Part shown: positions 55,901-64,000 of the stretch, piece by piece
Layout of the letters: each line of letters opens with the position of its first letter
How positions within the stretch are numbered: position 1 is the first letter of the stretch
Source: Octopus vulgaris
Lineage: Eukaryota
Assembly (NCBI GenBank): GCA_951406725.2
Contig: OX597824.1
Coordinates: 89,528,001-89,592,000 of the forward strand
Direction: 5' to 3'
Length of the DNA: 64,000 nt
Notes under the pieces: generated by a model
The model's input: the letters and a program-made list of their open reading frames with translations, nothing else
Told to the model about the DNA's origin: nothing
Databases searched by the model: none
Made by a program: the position numbers and the translations under genes

Positions 55901-56296
55901 ATCAAAATAAAAATGATCAATTTTTATTGATCATTTTATTTTGATCAATTTTTATTTTTATTTTTATTTTGATCAATTTTATTTTTATTTTGATCAATTT
56001 TTATTTTATTTTTATTTTTATTTTGATCAATTTTATTTTGATCAATTTTATTTTTATTTTATTTTATTTTTATTTTGATCAATTTTATTTTTATTTTTAT
56101 TTTTATTTTGATCAATTTATTTTATTTTGATCAATTTTTATTTTATTTTTATTTTTATTTTGATCAATTTTATTTTGATCAATTTTATTTTTATTTTTAT
56201 TTTATTTTTATTTTGATCAATTTTATTTTTATTTTTATTTTTATTTTGATCAATTTATTTTATTTTGATCAATTTTATTTTTATTTTGATCAATTT
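55898..56296. repeat. AT-rich minisatellite of TTGATCAA cores separated by variable (TTTTA/TTTTTA)n
   Basis: Directly visible. Confidence 0.95.
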
Positions 56297-56442
56297 ACTC
56301 CACCACCTACACCACCAAACGGTATACACAGGTGCTTATAATTATCAAGTACTCACCCCGAATTTCTATATATATATATATATATATATGTAATATATCT
56401 ATGTATTATATATATATATATATATATATATGCAAGCAATAG

Positions 56443-57060
56443 TAAATCTCTGAACGAGATATAAACAGTAACCGCTTTACAACGTAAGGTGTACTCAGCC
56501 ATCTGAATGTGGCTAGCCACTGGGGGTGGGTGTTACTGATGCTTTTAGCCCCAGGCGATCAACGTCACCAGATGGACTTTAGACACAATCTCAGTGCCCT
56601 TGTGTTATTTGCAAAGGGAGGTCATCCCATGATCGCCCGGGGCTAAAAGCATCAGTAACCCACCCCCAGTGGCTAGCCACATTCAGATGGCTAGTACACC
56701 TTACGTTGTCGAGCGGTTACTGTTTATATCTCGTTCAGAGATTTATTAATGCTTTCAGACAGTTTTTCTAAATCAGTGACAGTGGTTGCTGTGAAAAACG
56801 TTAAATATTATTATTTGCAAAGGTCTCCTTCATCGAAAACCGGTGTTTACCATGCGTTGACGAGAGGCAATTACCTTGAAACTATAGTCCGTATGTATCA
56901 CTTAGGTTTTCGAGGGAGGATGACCTCCCTTTGCAAATAACACAAGGGCACTGAGATTGTGTCTAAAGTCCATCTGGTGACGTTGATCGCCTGGGGCTAA
57001 AAGCATCAGTAACACCCCACCCCAGTGGCTAGCCACATTCAGATGGCTAGTACACCTTAC

Positions 57061-57061
<1 letters not shown>
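56443..57061. mobile_element. TA-embedded element with one inverted and two direct terminal-repeat copies
   Basis: 56443-56628 is inverted relative to both 56630-56745 and 56917-57061. Confidence 0.7.
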
Positions 57062-57123
<62 letters not shown>

Positions 57124-57221
57124 GTATGTGTATAATAATACTTTAATTGTTCCACGTCCTGCGTTGCTGTGTTTTTTCTCCTTTTTTTTCTCTTTTTTTC
57201 TGTGTTTTCTTGTTTGGATTA

Positions 57222-57277
<56 letters not shown>

Positions 57278-57280
<3 letters not shown>

Positions 57281-57411
57281 TGAACGTCGCAATAACGAGT
57301 ACAAACTGACATTTTGACACTGCCTAACCAAAATTTGACCGAATTTTTTTGTATGTGGAGTCAAAAAATATATATATGACTGAAACAAGAAAAAGAATAC
57401 ACACACACACA

Positions 57412-57461
<50 letters not shown>

Positions 57462-57627
57462 TGTGTGATAGTATGCGTGGCTTGTGTGTATTCTTTTTCT
57501 TGTTTCAGTCATTTGACTGCGGCCATATATATATATTTTTTGACTCCACATACAAAAAAACTTCGGTCAAATTTTGGTTAGGCAGTGTCAAAATGTCAGT
57601 TTGTACTCGTTATTGCGACGTTCAAAA
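57278..57627. repeat. Inverted repeat with ~130-bp arms centred on (TA)n
   Basis: 57278-57410 is the reverse complement of ~57484-57627. Confidence 0.9.
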
Positions 57628-57646
57628 TGTTTAATTCTAACACGTA

Positions 57647-57731
57647 TTCATCTGATGAAAGCGTTTTTTTTTGTTTGATGTAAGACTTATAGTCATCAAT
57701 AAAAAACGACGTGTGAAACATTTGTAGTTAA
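57647..57731 (+). ncRNA. Hammerhead ribozyme candidate with long stem II
   Basis: CTGATGA-...CGTTTTTT..TTGATG-loop-CATCAA.AAAAAACG...-GAAA-CATTTG-TA; stem I weak. Confidence 0.4.
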
Positions 57732-58013
57732 CCACAATCCTTCTGTTGTTATTAGTTTGTCATTGACCGAACACGGAACCTGCAATTCGCTTAGATCTGG
57801 AGTCTATTCAGTGTAGTGCAAAGGGTGCAGTGTTTGTAACCATGTGTCACCTTGATGACTCGTTGTATATTCGGTCGGTCATTTGTGATTGTACTCACAA
57901 CCGAAGTACAAATCCGTGTTTACTTTAGTAAGGACGTATTTGTCTTCAATCCTTGTACACTGACCTAAACGTGATGGTTTACTATTTAAGTACCTGATCC
58001 GCTTGAATTCTGG

Positions 58014-58113
<100 letters not shown>

Positions 58114-58145
58114 CTATCTATCTATCTATATATCTATCTATCTAC

Positions 58146-58200
<55 letters not shown>

Positions 58201-58379
58201 TATATATACATATATATGTATATATACATGCATATATGGGTACAGGACTTTAAAAAAATAAACAAACGTTGAACACAATGAGAAATGAGACATGCAACAT
58301 AAAGAATATTCCCCTTCATCAGTTGTCCCTGCTTCATCTACGCCGCGTTTCGAAGGCGTGTGTGTATTGAAAGTCCAAT

Positions 58380-58582
58380 AGATCTGTTATTTTAATGAAT
58401 TTTAATTACCTTTTTTCTGAGGATATCTGAAAAGAAACAGCAATTTTAGCAAAACATATTAAGCAACACTAATAATAAATCAAACAACATAAAAATAAAC
58501 AAGCTTTTGACGGTTTTATTGATATTTCAAAATTATGATACTATGATGCTAGGTGTTTCCATTATTTTGTCCAACCCCTGTA
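58380..58582 (-). mobile_element. Tc1-like terminal remnant
   Basis: TACAGGGGTTGGACAAAATAATGGAAACACC TIR-like end. Confidence 0.55.
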
Positions 58583-61032
58583 TATATGGTCGAAACTTCG
58601 AAGTCACTTATCAACAACGTACTCATATAAGAAAAATAAATTTGTTCTCTACAAATGTATAGTTTAACCCATGAGATCAATGCAAAATTGTTTCTATTAT
58701 AACATAAAAAAAACAATATAATACACACACTCAAACACACACACATACAGACACTCACATATATATAAAAAATATATATAAAAAAATATATATAAAAATA
58801 TAACCATTCCACAGCCATACCAACAATCCAACATACCTCCATCATCAGCTGCCCCACGGATATCATAATGGTTTCGACACCTGGTTAACATCGGTGGCGT
58901 GGAGAGGGGGAGGCTGGTATGCATGGGTGACTTCATGTCCGGGCAACATTGTTTGTGCATGGGTGACTAGCAATCACCCATGCATACCAGCCTCCCCCTC
59001 TCCACGCCACCGATGTTAACCAAGGGAAAGGCGAATTCCAATGCCACTTGTCACCAGTGATGTCGCAAGCCATTTCTACAGATGAGTGAACTGGAGCAAC
59101 GTGAAATAAAGTATCTTGCTCAAGAACACAACACTCAACCCAGTCCGGAGATTGAACTCACTACCTCATGATTGTGAGCCTGACGCGCTAACCACTTAGC
59201 TATGCGCATTCACACATGCTTGCTTTTATTTTCAGGTATTTCTTTTAGCTAACTTATAAATCCCCATCTTATTTTAAGCAACATTCATGTAAAGTTATAT
59301 TTAACGCGTTGTTTGTAATCAAACGTGATAAGAACAATCGCTGCAAGAATAACCCCGCTGAAGAAAATTCTCGCCTTGGCCGTTGTAAATGCAGATTATG
59401 TTTTGGGCTTAGTCATTAGATCACAGTTTGAATGCGTTTCTGAGTTAGCTTTCGTAGCCGCAGTAGCGGAACGTCCTACGATTTAATGACGTCACTCACC
59501 ACCCGAAGCAAAACGCGTATTTCGCAAGGCTCAACAGAGAATTACCCCACCCCACCGCGGGTATATTCGTGCCGTGAAGGTCTTATTAAATCCGACTACA
59601 GTCGAAGGTGTTAAACATGATTTTTCATCGGTATAAATAAAATAAAAACAGACGTTTTTTTAAAACTGACTTAACCAAAATCTTTGGGGAGAGAGGCAGT
59701 CGATTAGATCGACTCCAGTACGCAACTGGTACTTAGTTTATCGACCCCGAAAGGAGGAAAGGAAAAGTCGACCTCGGTGGAATTTGAGCTCAGAATGTAA
59801 AGACAGACGAAATACCTATTTCTTTACTACCCACAAGGGGCTAAACACAGAGGAGACAAACAAGGACAGACATAGGTATTAAGTCGATTACATCGACCCC
59901 AGTGCGTAACTGGTACTTAATTTATCGACCCCGAAAGGAGGAAAGGAAAAGTCGACCTCGGTGGAATTTGAGCTCAGAATGTAAAGACAGACGAAATACC
60001 GATAAGCATTTCATCCGCCATGCTACCGTTTCTGCCAGATTACCGCCATTTTCCCTATGTATATTAACAAGAAACCCTGTCTTTGAGCACTTGCTAATAC
60101 TCTAAATTGTTTATTGAACTTGCGGGTGCCATTAGATGAGTAAAGGATAGAAAAGGAAATTAAATGTAACATACCAGAAAAATTACACGAATTGGGAATA
60201 AGATGTGCAAATATCGTTTAGCGGCGAGCTGAAAACTGCCTGGAGGGCAGCGTTTCAACTAGTTCAATGAACAGATATTTCCATTCAGAGAATTGATAAA
60301 GAAAAAATTAGCCAGGCAATCATTAAATGAGTTGTTTGTTGATATTTTCATGGAAATTATACCTAGCGTTCACAAAAATGTCGATAAGGGCAGACAATTT
60401 TTTTGACAAGCGAACTGATAAGAGATAAATTAAGAGAGATATATTCCTGGAATCAGAATGTCTCTGTTAATTAAAATCTGTCCAAATAATTCAGAGTAAT
60501 TATGTAATGAACAGCTGTAAATAAGTAATTGTTACATTCTATGGAGAACTTTAATCATGTCAGAGGCAACGACCTTAAAAGTGAAAGCGCCTACGGGTCA
60601 CTTGCTTAGCAAGAAATAGCTGTCGAATTCCTTCAAATCGCATCCTCTTCTTTCGGAAAAGGAATGATATGTAATATAACGAATGTACGAAATATACACA
60701 CGTGTATGCATGCATGCATACATACATACATACATAAATACATACATACATACATACATACATACATACATACATACATGCATGCATGCATGTATACATA
60801 CATACATACATACATACATACATACATGCATGCATGCATACATACGTACATGTATACATACATAGATATATACATACATAATACATACATAGGTGCATAC
60901 ATACATACCTACATGCATGCAAGCATACATACATAGGTCTATACATACATGCATACATACATAGGTATATACATACATACATTCATACATAATACATACA
61001 TAGGTGCATACATACATACCTACATACATACA

Positions 61033-61965
61033 TATGGAAGATTGAAGAAGAAAGTAGACTTGACACGAAGCGCAGCCTCATGTCGACCCAAGACTACTAC
61101 ATCACATCACATTTTGAAGACTAAGTGTTTGCAATCCAGGAACAGTAGATTGCCACAAAGTACCTGGTGAACAAGAGAGTCAGGGACGCTTTTGTAATCC
61201 CAAGATGCAACCGCATGTGTAGGCTATGTCATATTTCTGTGGAAGACATCACGCATGTGATTAGCAGCTGTCCTAAAATGTCGTCATGGTACTACCTCCC
61301 TAAGCGGCACGATGTTGTCGCGAAAACAATTTACAATGTTATTCGCAAAAATGACTGTCCTGAAATAAACTTAGAAAATCCCTCTATTATGGAATACATT
61401 CATAAACACCAGCTCAAGGAATCTGGAGGAATATTCCCAGCAAAACTTCTGTCAAACGTACCATCTTAGAGGTTAGTTGTGCTACAGATATAAATATCTC
61501 TTTGAAAGTCAAAGAAAAAGAGGATATCTATGGACAATTGTTTCGAAACCTCCAGCTTCTGTATCCAGACTATGAATTCATATTCATACCAATAATAATT
61601 GGAACACTAGGTTTTGTTAGTAAATGCTTAAAGGAGAATCTGGATAAACTGGGATTTTCAGAAGAGAAATCGACTGGATGATTCGTACATTACAAGCGCA
61701 ATCCGTGAGTGGAACAGTAAAAATATGCAAGACTTTTCTCAAGTTCCAAATGTGAATTTGTCTGTTTTAGCTACATCCCAAAGCTGGAGCCTTGTCTCTT
61801 TGTTGGAAACAGTTACAAATTAGAAGTGGCATACATACATTTTGTTTCCTGTGGGGCAGGGACCAAAAATCATGCACTATTGTAGAGATCAGTAGCCCAG
61901 CGGTTGCGTTTTGCTTTTCATAAAACATAACAAGTCCTGGAATTGCATTAGTTTGTTTTGTTATG
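61033..61965 (+). mobile_element. RLE-type (R2/R4/NeSL group) LINE 3' remnant
   Basis: CRLC-x8-H-x4-C zinc knuckle followed by KRHDVVA; later FIPIIIGTLG; frameshifted; abuts (TACA)n. Confidence 0.8.
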
Positions 61966-62792
61966 GGGTGGAATTTGAACTCGGAACGTAAAGACAGACG
62001 AAATATATATTTCTTTACTACCCACAAGGGGCTAAACACAGAGAGGACAAACAAGGACAGAAAAACGGATTAAGTCGATTATTTCGACCCCAATGCGTAA
62101 CTGGTACTTATTTAATCGACCCCGAAAGGATGAAAGGCAAAGTCGACCTCGGCGGAATTTGAACTCGGAACGTAAAGACAGACGAAATACCTATTTCTTT
62201 ACTACCCACAAGGGGCTAAACACAGAAGGGACAAACAAGGACAGAAAAACGGATTAAGTCGAATATATCGACCCCAGTGTGCAACTGGTACTTATTTAAT
62301 TGACCCCGAAAGGATGAAAGGCAAAGTCGACCTCGGCGGAATTTGAACTCAGAACGTAGCGGCAGACGAAATACCGCAAAGCATTTCGCCCGGCGTGCTA
62401 ACGTTTCTGCCAGCTCACCGTCCCCGATGCTCCAATTATTACTGGTATTGTTTTGTTGTAGTCATTATGACTATTTTTTTTGTTTTTTGTTAGCAATTAA
62501 AAGAATTAACTTCAATGTTATTGTTGTCCCAGCGAATATTTTTTGTTAGTATTTAAAAGCATTATTTTTCGAGTTCATATTTTCGTTGACCCATCGCCAA
62601 CGCCGCCACCTCAACCAACAATACCACCACCACCGCCACCACCACCACCATTAACAACAACGATTCATTATTTCACAAAAGCATTTCTCCTGCAACAGCA
62701 ACAACGCAAAAACTAACAACGATAACAACAAAATTATTTTTGCACTTTGGTACACAAAGACTTATTCTAAATAACAATAATAACAACAACAA

Positions 62793-63980
<1,188 letters not shown>

Positions 63981-64000
63981 TTTGGTCGACCAAATAGACG

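Noticed and set aside
55898-56296. CRISPR-like repeat/spacer pattern
   Set aside because: Spacers are low-complexity T-tracts; eukaryotic context with no cas genes.
58310-58356. Permuted hammerhead (GAAA...CTGATGA on minus strand)
   Set aside because: Stem I and stem II cannot be paired in register.

Overview
Eukaryotic, AT-rich, extremely microsatellite- and SINE-dense DNA. The SINE families resemble, from recall, those of Octopus (inference, not database-checked). Most ORF-track entries are microsatellite translations. One real protein-coding gene can be reconstructed: a 4-exon NPC2 (ML-domain sterol-binding) gene on + (CDS 7615-7693, 10843-10953, 28637-28812, 38339-38422; 149 aa, signal peptide, 6 conserved Cys). 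There is also a tRNA-Leu(TAG) on -, remnants of CR1-group, RTE and RLE-type LINEs, Tc1/DD37D fragments, hAT and pogo MITEs, non-autonomous Helitrons and three tRNA-derived SINE families. The most interesting signal is a set of short, microsatellite-embedded, fold-back elements carrying minimal hammerhead-ribozyme motifs with palindromic stem III and variant cores (U3-A8, C4), probably Penelope-like/retrozyme-type. Also notable are an (ATGT)n-tailed retroposon with a structured 5' end, a twin-priming-like RTE inversion, and a ~6 kb degraded palindrome over NPC2 exon 1 that is probably a long-read fold-back artefact.
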